DNA from: an uncultured Verrucomicrobiae bacterium
Lineage (GTDB): Bacteria; Verrucomicrobiota; Verrucomicrobiia; Limisphaerales; Palsa-1400
Direction: 5' to 3'
NCBI GenBank assembly: GCA_963707025.1
Contig: CAVPOM010000006.1
Coordinates: forward strand, 416,001-480,000
Length of the DNA stretch: 64,000 nt
This document shows, piece after piece, positions 10,009 through 21,650 of this stretch. The notes beneath the pieces are model-generated. The model was not told the origin of the DNA, ran no database searches, and saw nothing but the letters and a program-made list of their open reading frames with translations. A program made the position numbers and the translations under genes. How positions within the stretch are numbered: the first letter of the stretch is position 1; each line of letters opens with the position of its first letter.

Positions 10009-12069
10009 ATGAAGAACGATGACATGGCCCTGGTGCGCGCATACGCCCGGAACAGTTCCGAGGAGGCATTTGCCACCCTGGTCTCCCGGCACATCAACCT
10101 GGTCTATTCCGTCGCCTTGCGCCAGCTCCATGACGCGCCACTGGCCGAGGAAGTCACCCAGGTCGTGTTCATCATCCTGGCGCGCAAGGCAGCCTCGCTC
10201 GGTCCGAAGACCATCCTGTCCGGCTGGCTCTGCCGCACGGCCCGCTACACTTCCGCCAACGCCCTCACCGCCCAACGCCGCCGCCAACATCGCGAACAAC
10301 AGGCCCACATGCAATCCATCCTCAACCCAACCGAACCCGACGCCTGGACGCACATCGCTCCGTTCTTGGACGACGCCCTGGCGCAGCTCTCCGCCAAAGA
10401 CCACGACGCCATCGTGCTCCGTTTTTTCGAGGGAAAAAACATGCAGGAAGTCGGCGCGAGTCTCGGCACGAACGAAGTCTCCGCCCGCAAGCGTGTCAGC
10501 CGCGCCGTCGAGAAGATGCGGGCCTTTTTCGCCAAACGCGGCGTCAGCTTGTCGGCCGCGGTGATTGCCGGGGCCGTTTCAGCCCAGTCCATTCAAGCCG
10601 CCCCTGTCGGCCTGGCCGTGACTGTCGCCGCCACTGCCCTTAAAGCAACGACCTGCACCGGCTCTACTTTAACCCTTCTCAAAGGAACCTTGAAACTTAT
10701 GGCCTGGGCAAAGGCAAAAACCGCAATCGTAGCGGGCACGGTCGCCCTCCTGGCCGCCGGCACCGCCACCCTGCTGGTTCACGCCGTCGAACCGCCGCCT
10801 TCCGTGGATCACACAAAAGATTCCGATTCATCGGAACCGACCTTTGAAGCTCTTCTCGAACATCCTGCCATGATAGAGCAGGCCACCTGGGAATGGGGTG
10901 CTGGTTACAGCACGCCCGAGTTGGCGTTTATGAGGTCAAACACCCTTATAGGGGGGCGAACGCGGCGGGGAGAACAGGGCGGCCAAATTACCGAAATGAC
11001 GCCGGCAGGTGCTAGCGTGGCTTTCATGACAAATGCTTTCGTTAAGCTTCTTAAATGGGACGGCACGAATTATATCGTGTTCAACAAGGTTGAGCAAGAT
11101 GAAGCACCCCGTGGTAGAATTACAAATGGCGTATATTGGGGCAAGTTCAACGGAATCTATTGGAAGGGAGCAGTATTTCCGACCAGACGGGCGGGAGAGG
11201 GAATCGGAGGAGGAGCAATCGCTGCCTCGGTCATTGATCCCAAAATCAATCCTCCGGGTTTTCGCCAGGCGGAATTGGCGGCTGGTTTGACTATCATCAA
11301 GGAGGGCGTCAATTTCGGTTTTCCAGCAATGGTCCCCGGCAGCCTTGTTTGGGACAGGAAAAACCACCGTTTGTCTGCTTCTCTGCGTCAATACTGGGAT
11401 AGAGTGAGCCGCAAGGTTGTCACCGACAGCGGCAACGGCATGATTACCAATATCGTGGAGAAGCCGGCTGAGGAAGCGGACGGAACCATGACTGCTGAAC
11501 TGACATATGAGGACCAACTCCCGGTGATAGCTGTGGTGCATGAAACCTATGAAGATGGTTTCATCAATTATACAAACACGGTAACTTACAAATACAGCCC
11601 CGATTTTCACCACGGCCGGCTGCCAATTGAGTACGCTGTATCACGAGGAGACACCGTCCGCTATCATGAGCTGATTCTTGCCTCGGGGCCGATCCCCATG
11701 GCCCAATTCGATCCCCTTATTGCGCTCAAAGGGCAAGTCCTTGAGATAGACGGGAAATGGTCAGGCCAGTTGGTTTGGTCCAACGGTCTGCCTTATGTTA
11801 ACGATTCAGCGCTGGGATTGATTAGCCAGCAAGACTCCAGGGCGATTTCCATGGTTAGCATCGGGCAGGAAATGACGGAGGAAAATGTGGCACTGTTTGA
11901 GAAGTGGAAGGCGGCCGCGGCGGCGCAAGAAAAGGCGGCCAGGCTGGCAAAGGCACGTCCGACGGCTGTGGTTGTTGGGATTGCGGTTCTCCTCTGCCTC
12001 TTCGCCGCCGCGTCTTATTGGTTCTATCGGTTTCGCACGGCCAAGCCTCCATCAAGAGGGAACGGGTAA
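10009..12069 (+). CDS. ECF sigma-70 factor fused to TM, extracytoplasmic domain of unknown function, and second TM
   Basis: AFATLVSRH..LVYSVALR, AEEVTQVVF, LDDALAQL...AIVLRFFE; hydrophobic AIVAGTVALLAAG and AVVVGIAVLLCLF. Confidence 0.88.
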   Translation: MKNDDMALVRAYARNSSEEAFATLVSRHINLVYSVALRQLHDAPLAEEVTQVVFIILARKAASLGPKTILSGWLCRTARYTSANALTAQRRRQHREQQAHMQSILNPTEPDAWTHIAPFLDDALAQLSAKDHDAIVLRFFEGKNMQEVGASLGTNEVSARKRVSRAVEKMRAFFAKRGVSLSAAVIAGAVSAQSIQAAPVGLAVTVAATALKATTCTGSTLTLLKGTLKLMAWAKAKTAIVAGTVALLAAGTATLLVHAVEPPPSVDHTKDSDSSEPTFEALLEHPAMIEQATWEWGAGYSTPELAFMRSNTLIGGRTRRGEQGGQITEMTPAGASVAFMTNAFVKLLKWDGTNYIVFNKVEQDEAPRGRITNGVYWGKFNGIYWKGAVFPTRRAGEGIGGGAIAASVIDPKINPPGFRQAELAAGLTIIKEGVNFGFPAMVPGSLVWDRKNHRLSASLRQYWDRVSRKVVTDSGNGMITNIVEKPAEEADGTMTAELTYEDQLPVIAVVHETYEDGFINYTNTVTYKYSPDFHHGRLPIEYAVSRGDTVRYHELILASGPIPMAQFDPLIALKGQVLEIDGKWSGQLVWSNGLPYVNDSALGLISQQDSRAISMVSIGQEMTEENVALFEKWKAAAAAQEKAARLAKARPTAVVVGIAVLLCLFAAASYWFYRFRTAKPPSRGNG

Positions 12070-12076
12070 AATGCTT

Positions 12077-12204
12077 TCAAACGGGTCAGACCAGAGCTTT
12101 TTCCAATAAGATCTGTAATCGCCTGTATATCATTGAGTTATAGACCGATCTCCCCATGAATGCCGGGCGGTGAAAGGCTGGGAAGTCAGTTCGTGGCATT
12201 GTCA
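12077..12204 (+). repeat. Dispersed ~130-bp element, copy A (GGGTCAGACC end)
   Basis: Aligns by eye with 25990-26116 (+) and 21932-22036 (-). Confidence 0.85.
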
Positions 12205-12301
12205 GATTCCACTGCAACTTGCCGCCCCTCCCCGTCCTCCGTAGGCTTGGCGAAGGGGGATGCGTTCATCTGCGTCCTCCGTTTGCTCGTGTTCAAACTG
12301 C

Positions 12302-12340
12302 TTCTTCATTCTGCATTTTGCATTCTTCATTCTTCATTTT
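12302..12340 (+). repeat. Heptamer tandem repeat (TTCTTCA/TTCTGCA)
   Basis: ttcttca ttctgca ttttgca ttcttca ttcttca. Confidence 0.8.
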
Positions 12341-12523
12341 CTTCAACCCTGGCCTTGACAAAAATTAGAACCTATGGTTGAATCATCAGCGTGAGACACG
12401 GAGGCACAGGCCGGCGTCGCATCCGGGCGGATGCAGCCAGCACCGGCGCGGAGGGCGGGGAGAAATACCCGGCGCCTTGTCAGGCGTGCCGGCACCGAAA
12501 TGGATGGCCGCCCATTCGAGTTG

Positions 12524-12572
12524 TTTTCACCTGGTTTCACCTAATTTCACCTGGTTTCACCTGGTTTCACTT
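12524..12572 (+). repeat. Decamer tandem repeat TTTCACCTGG (about 5 units)
   Basis: tttcacctgg tttcacctaa tttcacctgg tttcacctgg tttcactt. Confidence 0.88.
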
Positions 12573-12578
12573 CCCGAC

Positions 12579-13152
12579 CATGGGACATCACGCCGTCGGT
12601 TACGGCGACCTGGTCAACGACGAACATCTTTGGCTCGGCCGGACGCTGGACGCGACGGGGATCAAGACGTTCAATCCACTGATGGAGCATCCTGTGGGCG
12701 AGCCTTACTTCCAATACGACAGCCACCAGTCCTGGAACAACGCCCGGCCTGACCAGCCGGTTCCCATCCTCATCGCCACCTACCACCTCCAGGAGACGGC
12801 CGACCCGAAGTGCGCCTGGGGTGACGAGATCATCGCGCTGGCCACCGACGGAAGCATGAAGGTCTGGCGGTTTTGCCACCACCGCAGCGCGGTCCATGCG
12901 CCGGTGCGCTCCGCCGACGGGCAGAGGGCGATGCCACAGGACCGGACCAATCTGGCCGCCGAGCAGCCTTACAACTTCTGGGACACCCCGCGCGGCAACG
13001 TCTCCCAGGACGGACGGTTCTTCATGTTCACCTCCAACTGGGAGGACACCGTTGGCAAGGACCGCGCCGGGCGTTTCCGCGAGGACGTCTTCATCGTCAA
13101 ACTCGAACGCGAGACCGCCGCGCCATCGAACCGGGGAGATTCTCCAAATTGA
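12579..13152 (+). pseudogene. C-terminal fragment of a beta-propeller (oligogalacturonate lyase/TolB-like) protein
   Basis: VWRFCHHRS...PRGNVSQDGRFFMFTSNW...DVFIVKL; upstream in-frame sequence is repeat-derived. Confidence 0.6.
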
Positions 13153-13237
13153 TCGCAAGCTCTTTTGGCCGGATTCTTAGCCCAAACCCGCCGCGTGGTT
13201 GCTTCGATGGGGGCTCTGCCCTAAGCTCTGCGCGGAT

Positions 13238-16027
13238 ATGACGTTGTTGGAAAAAATTGAGGCGCACGCCAGGGCGCGGCTGACCCTGCCGCCCGGCGTG
13301 CTGCCCCGGCAGGAATTGGGACGGTACAAGCATTTTCTCAAGGTCGAACACCACCGCCTTAAAATGCTGCATCGCGCCGGCGGATCGGGCCGCGAGATTT
13401 GCCGGGCGCGCTCGGCCATCCTTGATTTGCTGCTCCAGCATATTTTGCACGGGATTAAAAATGGCTCGCCGGCCATGACCGGGACGGCGCCGCCGGTTTT
13501 TGGCCTTGTGGCCATCGGCGGCTACGGCCGGGCGGAGTTGAATCCCTATAGCGATATTGACATGATGTTCCTGCACGACGGCGAAGGGGTGGTCCGGGGC
13601 AAGGCCCGGCCGGCCCTGGCGGCGCTGGTGGACGGGCTGCTTTATACCTTGTGGGATCTGGGCCTCAAGGTCGGCCATTCGGTGCGCTCGGTCGAGGATT
13701 GCGTGAGCGTGGCCAATGGGGACATGCAGTCCAAAACCTCGCTGATCGAAGCCCGCTTGATTTTGGGCGACGCGGTTTTGTTCGGGCGGTTTGACAAGGC
13801 GCTCCTGGCCAAGTGCGTGCGCGGTTATGAGAATGAATATATCCAGGCGCGCCTGCTGGACCAGGAGGCGCGGCGAACCAAATACGGCAATTCGGCCTGC
13901 ATGCAGGAACCGAACATCAAGAATGGCTGCGGCGGCCTGCGCGATTATCAGAACCTGCTCTGGATGGCGTTTTTCAAGGACCGCACCCGCACGCCGGAGG
14001 AACTGGAGAAAAAGGAAATGATCAGCGCCGCCGAACGCAAACAACTGGAAAACGCCTACGACTTCCTCCTCCGCACCCGCAATGAACTGCAGTATCTCCT
14101 GGACCGCCCCTCCGATGTCCTGAACAAAATCGTCCAGCCGGCGGTGGCCGCCAACCTGGGCTGGCATGACCGTTCGCCCAGTGAGCGGCTGGAGAAATTC
14201 ATGAAGGTCTATTACACCCACGGGCGGAACATTGACCTCATCACTCGCACGGTGGAGCAGCGCCTGGCGCTGGTGCCCGCTCCCCGCCGGCTGCTGCGGC
14301 TGCCCGGCTTTCTCCGGTCCAAGGGAGCGCCCGAACCGACGGCCGACGGCTTGAAGTTTGTGGACGGGGAGATACGGCCCATTTCCTCCAGTATTTTTCG
14401 CGACAGTCCCCGCCGCCTCATGCGCGTCTTCCTGCACGCCCAGCAGCGCGGCCTGAAATTGCACCCCGATCTGGCCCAACTGCTCCGGCAGAACCTCCGC
14501 CTGGTGGACAACGCCTTTTTGCGGGACGGCCATGTGCGGGAAACGTTTTTGGAAATCCTGGACCAGCGCGGCAACGTCGCCCCGCCTCTGCGCTTGATGC
14601 ACGAAGTCGGGCTGCTGGGCAAATTCCTGCCCGAGTTCGGCCGCCTCACCTGCCTGGTGCAACACGAGTTCTATCACCAATACACCGCCGACGAACACAC
14701 CCTGGTCTGCCTGGAGAAACTGGACCGCGTTTGGGAGGCCAAGACGCCGCTCCTGGCCGAGTACGCCGAGATTTTTCGCGGGCTGGAACAGCCCTTCCTC
14801 CTCTACCTGGCCTTGTTGTTGCACGATTCCGGCAAGGCCTTCCGCTCCGGCCGCCACGCCCTCATCGGCGCCCAGCAGGCCCTGCGCGTGGCCCGCCGCC
14901 TCGGTTTGGACGGCGCCAAAACCCATGCCCTCAGACTCCTCATCGAAAACCATCTGGCCATGGCCCAGATTTCACAGCGGCGCGACCTGGACGACGAGTC
15001 GGTCATCCGCCATTTTGCCCGCCAGATTCAGACGGCGGAGAACCTGGCCATGCTGACGCTGCACACCCTGGCGGATTCGATGGCAACGAGCGACCAACTG
15101 TGGAACGGCTTCAAAGACGCCGGACTGTGGCGGCTCTACCGCAAGGCGATGGAACTGCTCTCCGGGGCCACGGAGTTTCGAGTGGCGGAGGAGCGCCAGC
15201 GCGAATTGCTGGTGGAGGAGGTGCAGCGGATGGCCCCGCCCACCTTCGATCCGGCGGAAGTGCAGGCCCATTTCCAAAATTTGCCGGCCCGCTATTGCCA
15301 GGTCAATGACGCCCGCGAGATTCTGCGCGACGTGACCCAGGTGCATCGTTTCATCCACCTGCAACTGGCCGCGGCCGACGAGAACGCGCTGGCGCCGATC
15401 ATCTCCTGGCACAACGAGCCGGACCGCGGCTACAGCACGGTCACGCTCTGCACCTGGGACCGGGACCGGCTCTTCAGCAACATCACCGGCTGCCTGACCG
15501 CCGCCGGGTTCAACATCCTGAGCGCGGAAATCCTGACGCGCGCGGATGGCATTATTATTGACACATTTTTCGTGACCGACGCCAAAACCGGCCTGCTGGC
15601 CAACCGGGAGGAGCGCGAGAAGTTCGAGAGCCTGGCCCACAAGGTCCTGACCGATGTGCCGGTGGACCTGCCGGCCCTCATCGCCCGCACCAAGGCCGCC
15701 CCCTCCATTTACAAATCCATCGAGGGCGAGCGCATCCCCACCCTGATCGAGGTGGACAACGACAGCTCGGAAACCCGCAGCGTCATTGACCTGCAGGCCG
15801 AAGACCGGGTCGGGCTGTTGTATGACATCTCGCGGGCGCTGGCCGACCTGGAGGTGGACCTGTCCCTGGCGAAAATCCTGACGGAAAAAGGGGCGGCGGT
15901 GGACAGCTTCTACGCCACGGAACAAGACGGCGGAAAGATTCTTGACGCCGAGCGCATCAAAGCCGTCAAAACTAAATTACGCCAGGCGGTGATGCAAAGC
16001 GCCCCGGCCCCTGCGCATGGCCGTTGA
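13238..16027 (+). CDS. glnD: PII uridylyltransferase/uridylyl-removing enzyme
   Basis: [47 protein letters not shown], two ACT domains ([15 protein letters not shown]). Confidence 0.96.
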   Translation: MTLLEKIEAHARARLTLPPGVLPRQELGRYKHFLKVEHHRLKMLHRAGGSGREICRARSAILDLLLQHILHGIKNGSPAMTGTAPPVFGLVAIGGYGRAELNPYSDIDMMFLHDGEGVVRGKARPALAALVDGLLYTLWDLGLKVGHSVRSVEDCVSVANGDMQSKTSLIEARLILGDAVLFGRFDKALLAKCVRGYENEYIQARLLDQEARRTKYGNSACMQEPNIKNGCGGLRDYQNLLWMAFFKDRTRTPEELEKKEMISAAERKQLENAYDFLLRTRNELQYLLDRPSDVLNKIVQPAVAANLGWHDRSPSERLEKFMKVYYTHGRNIDLITRTVEQRLALVPAPRRLLRLPGFLRSKGAPEPTADGLKFVDGEIRPISSSIFRDSPRRLMRVFLHAQQRGLKLHPDLAQLLRQNLRLVDNAFLRDGHVRETFLEILDQRGNVAPPLRLMHEVGLLGKFLPEFGRLTCLVQHEFYHQYTADEHTLVCLEKLDRVWEAKTPLLAEYAEIFRGLEQPFLLYLALLLHDSGKAFRSGRHALIGAQQALRVARRLGLDGAKTHALRLLIENHLAMAQISQRRDLDDESVIRHFARQIQTAENLAMLTLHTLADSMATSDQLWNGFKDAGLWRLYRKAMELLSGATEFRVAEERQRELLVEEVQRMAPPTFDPAEVQAHFQNLPARYCQVNDAREILRDVTQVHRFIHLQLAAADENALAPIISWHNEPDRGYSTVTLCTWDRDRLFSNITGCLTAAGFNILSAEILTRADGIIIDTFFVTDAKTGLLANREEREKFESLAHKVLTDVPVDLPALIARTKAAPSIYKSIEGERIPTLIEVDNDSSETRSVIDLQAEDRVGLLYDISRALADLEVDLSLAKILTEKGAAVDSFYATEQDGGKILDAERIKAVKTKLRQAVMQSAPAPAHGR

Positions 16028-18284
16028 TCCTGTCTGCGGGATGCAGGTGGAGGAAGCCCGCGCCTTGCGCGCCGAACGCGACGGGCAAACGTGGTTTTTT
16101 TGTTGCGACCATTGCCGCCAGAAATTCCTCGCCCAGCCTTCGGCGGCGCCGCCCGTCACAGCGGACCGCTACACCTGCCCGATGCACCCGGAGGTGGAGC
16201 AGGACCTCCCGGGCGGCTGTCCGATATGCGGGATGGATTTGGAGCCAAAGACCCCCGGGGCCGGGGACGACGCGGAAACGGCCGGGACGCGGGATCTGGC
16301 GCGGCGGTTTTGGACCGGGCTGGCCCTTTCCATTCCCGTCATGATTCTGGCGATGCGCGACATGCTGGGTTATCGCGTCTTCGAGGAGACCCGCTTCGAG
16401 GTCAATTACTTGATTCAACTTCTCCTGGGCACGGCGGTGGTTTTTTGGGCGGGGCGTCCCATCCTGGAACGGGCCTGGCGTTCCGTGCGGGCGCGCCGTG
16501 CCAACATGTTCACCCTGATCGCCATGGGGGTGCTGGCGGCTTATCTGTTCAGTCTGGCGGGTTTGGCCCTGACGCCCAGAATTTCCCATCACACCATCGA
16601 GGCCATCCCGGTTTATTTTGACAGCGCGGCCATGATCACCTTGCTGGCCTTGCTGGGCCAGATGCTGGAAGCCAAGGCCCGCCGCCGCACCGGGCAGGCC
16701 ATCCAGGCCCTGCTCCATCAGGCCGCCAAAAGCGCGCGCGTGGTGCGCTTTGACCAGGAATTGGAACTCCCCATCACGCTGTTGCGCAAAGGAGACATCC
16801 TGCGGGTGCGGCCCGGCGAAAAAATACCGGTGGATGGCGTGCTGCTGGAAGGCGCCAGCAGCGTGGACGAGGCCATGATCACCGGGGAGCCAATGCCGGT
16901 GGCCAAGGCCGCCGGGGACTGGCTCACCGGGGCCACGCTGAATCAAACCGGCGCCTTCCTGATGCGGGCCGAACGCGTCGGCAGGGAAACATTGCTGGCC
17001 CAGATCATTGCCATGGTCGCGGCCGCCCAGCGGAGCCGCGCGCCGGTGCAGCGGCTGGCGGACGTGGTGGCGGGCTGGTTTGTGCCGGCGGTGATGGGCG
17101 CGGCCGTTTTGACCCTGGCCCTCTGGCTGGGGCTGGGGACCAATCCCAGTCTGGCCACCGCGCCGGAAAAGGCCGCCGCCCGCGCCCTGGCCAACGCGGT
17201 GGCGGTCTTGATCATCGCCTGTCCTTGCGCCCTCGGTTTGGCCACGCCCATGTCCATCATGGTGGGGGTGGGGCGCGGCGCGCGCGAAGGGGTGCTCGTG
17301 AAAAACGCCGAGTCCCTCGAAACGCTGGAAAAAGTGGACACCATCGTGCTGGACAAAACGGGCACCCTGACCGAAGGGCGCCCGCGCGTGGTCCGCATTC
17401 TTCCCCGGCCGGGACTGGATGAAGCGGGCTTGCTCCAGTTGGCGGCGGCGGTGGAGGCGCAGAGCGAACATCCGCTGGGCGCGGCCATCGTGCGGGCGGC
17501 GCGGGAACGCGGGTTGGAGCCGGCGCCGGCGGAACAATTTAGTTCACACACCGGCGGAGGCGTGACCGGGCGCGTCGGCGGCCGGCCGGTCGCGGTGGGC
17601 CATGCCGCCTTTCTGGAAGAGCAAGGCGCGCGCGACCTGGCCGGGGCGCGCCAGGAGGCCGCGGAGTGTCAAGCATTGGGACAAACCGTGGTGTTTGTGG
17701 CGCAGGATGGAAACATCGCCGGGGCGCTGGCCGTGGCGGATCCGATCAAGCCCACCAGCGCGGCCGCCATCCAGCGCCTCCATCAGATGGGCTTGAAAAT
17801 CGTCATGTTGACCGGGGACAACGAGCAGACCGCGCGCCGCGTGGCCCAACAACTGCAAATGGACGACGTGCGCGCCCAGGCCGGCCCGCGGCAGAAAATC
17901 GAAGAAGTGCGGCGCTTGCGGGAGGCTGGGCGGATGGTGGCGATGGCCGGGGACGGGATCAACGACGCCCCCGCCCTGGCGGCGGCCCAGGTCGGCATCG
18001 CCATGGGCACGGGCACCGACGTGGCCATGGCCAGCGCCGGCATCACCCTGCTCACAGGCGACTTGCAAGGCGTGGTCAAGGCCATTCAATTGAGCCGGAA
18101 AGTGATGAGAAACATCCGGCAAAATCTTTTTTTTGCGTTTGTCTATAATGCGGCGGGCATTCCCATCGCGGCGGGATTGCTTTACCCGTTTTTTGGAATT
18201 CTGCTCAGCCCGATGCTGGCCGCCGCCGCCATGAGCCTCAGTTCGGTCTGTGTCATCGGCAACGCGCTGCGTTTGCGCAAATGA
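16017..18284 (+). CDS. copA: Copper-translocating P1B-type ATPase with YHS and heavy-metal-binding N-terminal domains
   Basis: [49 protein letters not shown]. Confidence 0.95.
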   Translation: MAVDPVCGMQVEEARALRAERDGQTWFFCCDHCRQKFLAQPSAAPPVTADRYTCPMHPEVEQDLPGGCPICGMDLEPKTPGAGDDAETAGTRDLARRFWTGLALSIPVMILAMRDMLGYRVFEETRFEVNYLIQLLLGTAVVFWAGRPILERAWRSVRARRANMFTLIAMGVLAAYLFSLAGLALTPRISHHTIEAIPVYFDSAAMITLLALLGQMLEAKARRRTGQAIQALLHQAAKSARVVRFDQELELPITLLRKGDILRVRPGEKIPVDGVLLEGASSVDEAMITGEPMPVAKAAGDWLTGATLNQTGAFLMRAERVGRETLLAQIIAMVAAAQRSRAPVQRLADVVAGWFVPAVMGAAVLTLALWLGLGTNPSLATAPEKAAARALANAVAVLIIACPCALGLATPMSIMVGVGRGAREGVLVKNAESLETLEKVDTIVLDKTGTLTEGRPRVVRILPRPGLDEAGLLQLAAAVEAQSEHPLGAAIVRAARERGLEPAPAEQFSSHTGGGVTGRVGGRPVAVGHAAFLEEQGARDLAGARQEAAECQALGQTVVFVAQDGNIAGALAVADPIKPTSAAAIQRLHQMGLKIVMLTGDNEQTARRVAQQLQMDDVRAQAGPRQKIEEVRRLREAGRMVAMAGDGINDAPALAAAQVGIAMGTGTDVAMASAGITLLTGDLQGVVKAIQLSRKVMRNIRQNLFFAFVYNAAGIPIAAGLLYPFFGILLSPMLAAAAMSLSSVCVIGNALRLRK

Positions 18285-18438
18285 AGCGCGGGTGGAGGAT
18301 TGAGAATGCAGAATCGCAAAGGGCCGATGGAAGCCGGGGAATGATGCTCAGATCCAGCCAAGTTGCCGGATAACACTGCTTGCGCATTTTTTGTTATTTT
18401 GATATATTGAGCACAGAAAGATTTAACCACAGAACACC

Positions 18439-18711
18439 ATGAACGTATCGCTGGGAGAGAAATGGGAGCAATTCGTGGAAGGCAAAGTCAAGAGCGGCGA
18501 TTACCGGACCGCGAGCGAAGTGTTGCGTGACGGGCTGCGACTGCTCGAAAAGGAAGAATTGCTGAAACGCATTTCCGCGGGGTCGCTGCCGGAACTTGAA
18601 GCGAAAATGTTGGCGGCGGCGGAATCGCTCGACGCCGGCAAGGGCGTGGATGGGGAAGAAGTGTTTGCGCGGTTGCGGAAGCGGATTAAAGCACGCCGCC
18701 AGAATGCCTAG
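18439..18711 (+). CDS. ParD-family antitoxin (ribbon-helix-helix)
   Basis: MNVSL...VKSGDY.TASEVLRDGLRLL. Confidence 0.88.
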   Translation: MNVSLGEKWEQFVEGKVKSGDYRTASEVLRDGLRLLEKEELLKRISAGSLPELEAKMLAAAESLDAGKGVDGEEVFARLRKRIKARRQNA

Positions 18712-19027
18712 ATTCATCCTCTCGGAATACGTCGAGCCTGAACTGGAGGCGATTTGGGAATACATCGCCATGGACAACATGGATGTGGCCGACCGCTTCG
18801 TGGACGCGGCTTTCGCTGCTTTTCAGGAACTGGCACGAATGCCGGGCATGGGTCGCCTCCGGCATTGCCCGCAAGCGCGCTTGCGCGAGTTGCGGTCATT
18901 CCGTGTCAAAGGATTCGAAAACTATCTGATCTTTTATGGCCCGATTTCACGCGGCATTGAGGTCTTTCATATCCTTCACGGGGCCAGAGACCTTGAAACA
19001 TTTTGGGAAAGGCCATCCATGCCATAA
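18704..19027 (+). CDS. ParE/RelE-family toxin
   Basis: LEAIWEYIA.DN, LARMPGMG, LRSFRV..FENYLIFY, ILHGARD; overlaps antitoxin. Confidence 0.88.
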   Translation: MPRFILSEYVEPELEAIWEYIAMDNMDVADRFVDAAFAAFQELARMPGMGRLRHCPQARLRELRSFRVKGFENYLIFYGPISRGIEVFHILHGARDLETFWERPSMP

Positions 19028-19195
19028 TTCCCTTCAAATCTTCCCGAATCAAGCGCGGATGCGCCCCCGGCAGCAAGATGGTTCTCACTTTTTAAACCGG
19101 TTGACAGCGGCAGGTTTTCCGGCAGGCTGTGCTCACACTCCGCCAATCGGGCAGCGAATTTGCAGGAGCGAAGAGAAAACAAGAAAGGTTGAAAA

Positions 19196-21329
19196 GTGAG
19201 AACTGAATCTTGCCTGAAACGGCGTCCGCTGCTGCCGCTGGCCACCGCGCTCCTCGCCTCCGCGGTCTCGCTGGCCGGCGCGGCTCCTGCGGCCCACCCC
19301 AATGTCATTTTTATTTTGACGGATGATCTGGGGTGGGGTGACGTTGGCGTGTTCTTTCAGAAGAGCCGCCAGATGGCCAACGTGCGGAGCAAGCCCTGGC
19401 AATTGACGCCCAACCTGGACCAACGCGCCGCGGAAGGCGCGCTGCTTCACGACCATTATTGCCCGGTGCCCGTCTGTGCTCCTTCGCGCGCCTCCCTCCT
19501 GCTCGGCGTCAGCCAGGGGCATGCCAATGTGCGCGACAACCAGTTCGACAAATCGCTGGAGAACAATCACACCCTGGCCACCGTGCTGCGCCAGGCCGGG
19601 CTACACGACCATTGCCGTCGGCAAGTGGGGATTGCAGGGGGAAGGTCCGGGCTTGGACAGCCCGGCCACTTGGCCGGCCTTTCCTACCAAACGCGGCTTT
19701 GACAATTTTTTTGGTTACGCCCGCCACGCGGATGGCCATGAGCACTACCCCAAGGAAGCGCCTTACACCCAAGGCAGGATACCCAAGCAAGTCTGGGATG
19801 GCACAAACGATCTGACGCCGCAATTGGACAAGTGTTACACATGCGACTTGTGGACGGCGTGGGCCAAGCACTGGATCGCGGACCATCAACGAACCAATTC
19901 CGCCCAGCCGTTCTTCATCTATCTGGCTTACGACACGCCGCACGCCGTCCAGGAACTGCCCACCCAGCCCTATCCAGCCGGCGGCGGTCTTCACGGCGGC
20001 CTGCAATGGTTGGGGACTCCAGGCCATGTCATCAACACCGCTTCCGGCACGGTGGATTCGTGGATTCATCCTGACTATCGCTCCGCCACTTTCGATGATG
20101 ACAACAACCCGGCCACTCCCGAAGTGCCCTGGCCGGACGTTTACAAACGCTACGCCACCGCCATTCGCCGCCTGGATGATGCCGTGGGCGACCTGAAAAA
20201 GTTGCTGCACGACCTCAAGATTGACCAGGACACGCTGGTGGTTTTCTCCTCAAACAACGGTCCGAGCATCGAATCCTACGTTCCGCGCGAACCGTTGCGC
20301 GCGGATTTCTTCGGCAGCTATGGGCCTTTCGACGGGATCAAGCGGGATTGCTGGGAAGGCGGCCTGCGCGTGCCAACGCTGGCCTGGTGGCCGGGGCACA
20401 TCCCCGCCGGACGGGTGGTCAACCGTCCGAGCATCTCTTACGACTGGCTGCGCACTTTCGCCGACGTGGCGGGAGTGCCCGCGCCGGCGCGGGCCGACGG
20501 CGTTTCGCTGCTTCCCGAACTGACAGGCTGGGGAGTCCAGCGCGACCGGGGCTACATTTACGTTGAGTATTATGAGCCGGGCAGGACCCCGGACTATAAG
20601 GATTTCGCGCCGAGCCATCGCGGGCGCCAGCGCAACCAAATGCAACTTATCCGCATGGGTGATTTTTTGGGCGTGCGCTACAACATCAAATCGCAGGCCG
20701 ATCCTTTTGAAATCTATAATGCGACTTTGGATACCCATGAAACGAACGATCTCGCGCCCGCGATGCCCGACTTGCAACAGCGCATGAAAGCCGCGACCCT
20801 GCAAGTGCGCCGTCCGAATACCAGCGCGCTGCGCCCGTACGACAATGAATGGATTCCCGCGCTGGCAGCCATGCCCGTCTCCAGCGGCGTCGAGTGGAAA
20901 GCTTTTGAAGGCGACTATCCGTGGGTGCCGGATTTTGAGACTCTTCAACCGGCGGCCGGCGGCACGGCGGAGCGGCCGGACCTGGCCAAGCGCACCCGCG
21001 ACAACAACATCGGCCTGTTGTTCTCCGGTTGTCTGCGCATTCCCAAGGACGGCGACTACACATTTTATCTCGAAGCCGACAGCGGCGCTTTGCTGCGCAT
21101 CCACGACGCCACAGTGATTGACGCCGACTTCGGCTACGTTGCCGGCCAGGAAGCCAGCGGCGCTATCAAGCTCCAGGCCGGCCTGCATCCGTTCCGTTTG
21201 TTCTACGCCCGGCGAGCCAGCGGCCGGCCCGCCCTGCAACTATCCTGGAGCGGACCCGGCGTGGCGAAGGCACTTATTCCAAGTGGCGTCTTTCAACGCA
21301 TGGCCAATACGCAGTCCCGGCCAAAGTGA
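19196..21329 (+). CDS. Secreted Cys-type sulfatase with C-terminal PA14-like domain; 1-nt frameshift near 19598-19600
   Basis: Signal peptide, PNVIFILTDDLGWGD, CAPSRASLL, then after the frame change GYTTIAVGKW, KR..WEGG.RVP, GDYTFYLEADSGA; has SSNNG where SSDNG is usual. Confidence 0.85.
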
Positions 21330-21562
21330 TTGCCCGACGATTAAGAATGGGGGCGGCGTGTTCCTTGGGGAACTTGCCGACCTTTACTTGGAGAAAGCAA
21401 TATTACGCTATATGCGCGGCTGACCTCTTTCGCTTTCCGGTGTCGTTGGGTCAATCCGGAATGGCGCTTAGTAAGGAATTCGGGTTCTTCGCTGTTTTCG
21501 GTGGATTTCTTCCGCCAGGACAACCGCTGGACGTAGCGCAGGGTGCGCTCCCGAGCATTGCT

Positions 21563-21650
21563 CCGTTACAGCCGTTACATCGTTACACCTGTTGCACCAC
21601 AAGCACTTAGGCATTTTAGAGCCGTTACACCCCCGTTACATGCCGTTACA
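21563..21650 (+). repeat. Cluster of CGTTACA direct repeats (3+3 around a spacer)
   Basis: ccgttaca gccgttacat cgttacac ... gccgttacac ccccgttaca tgccgttaca. Confidence 0.85.

Noticed and set aside
12391..12578. N-terminus of the 253-aa ORF
   Set aside because: Derived from palindromic and decamer repeat DNA (FTWFHL repeats), not protein-like.
21563..21650. CRISPR array
   Set aside because: Repeats are only 7-8 bp without unique 30-40 bp spacers, and there are no cas genes in the window.
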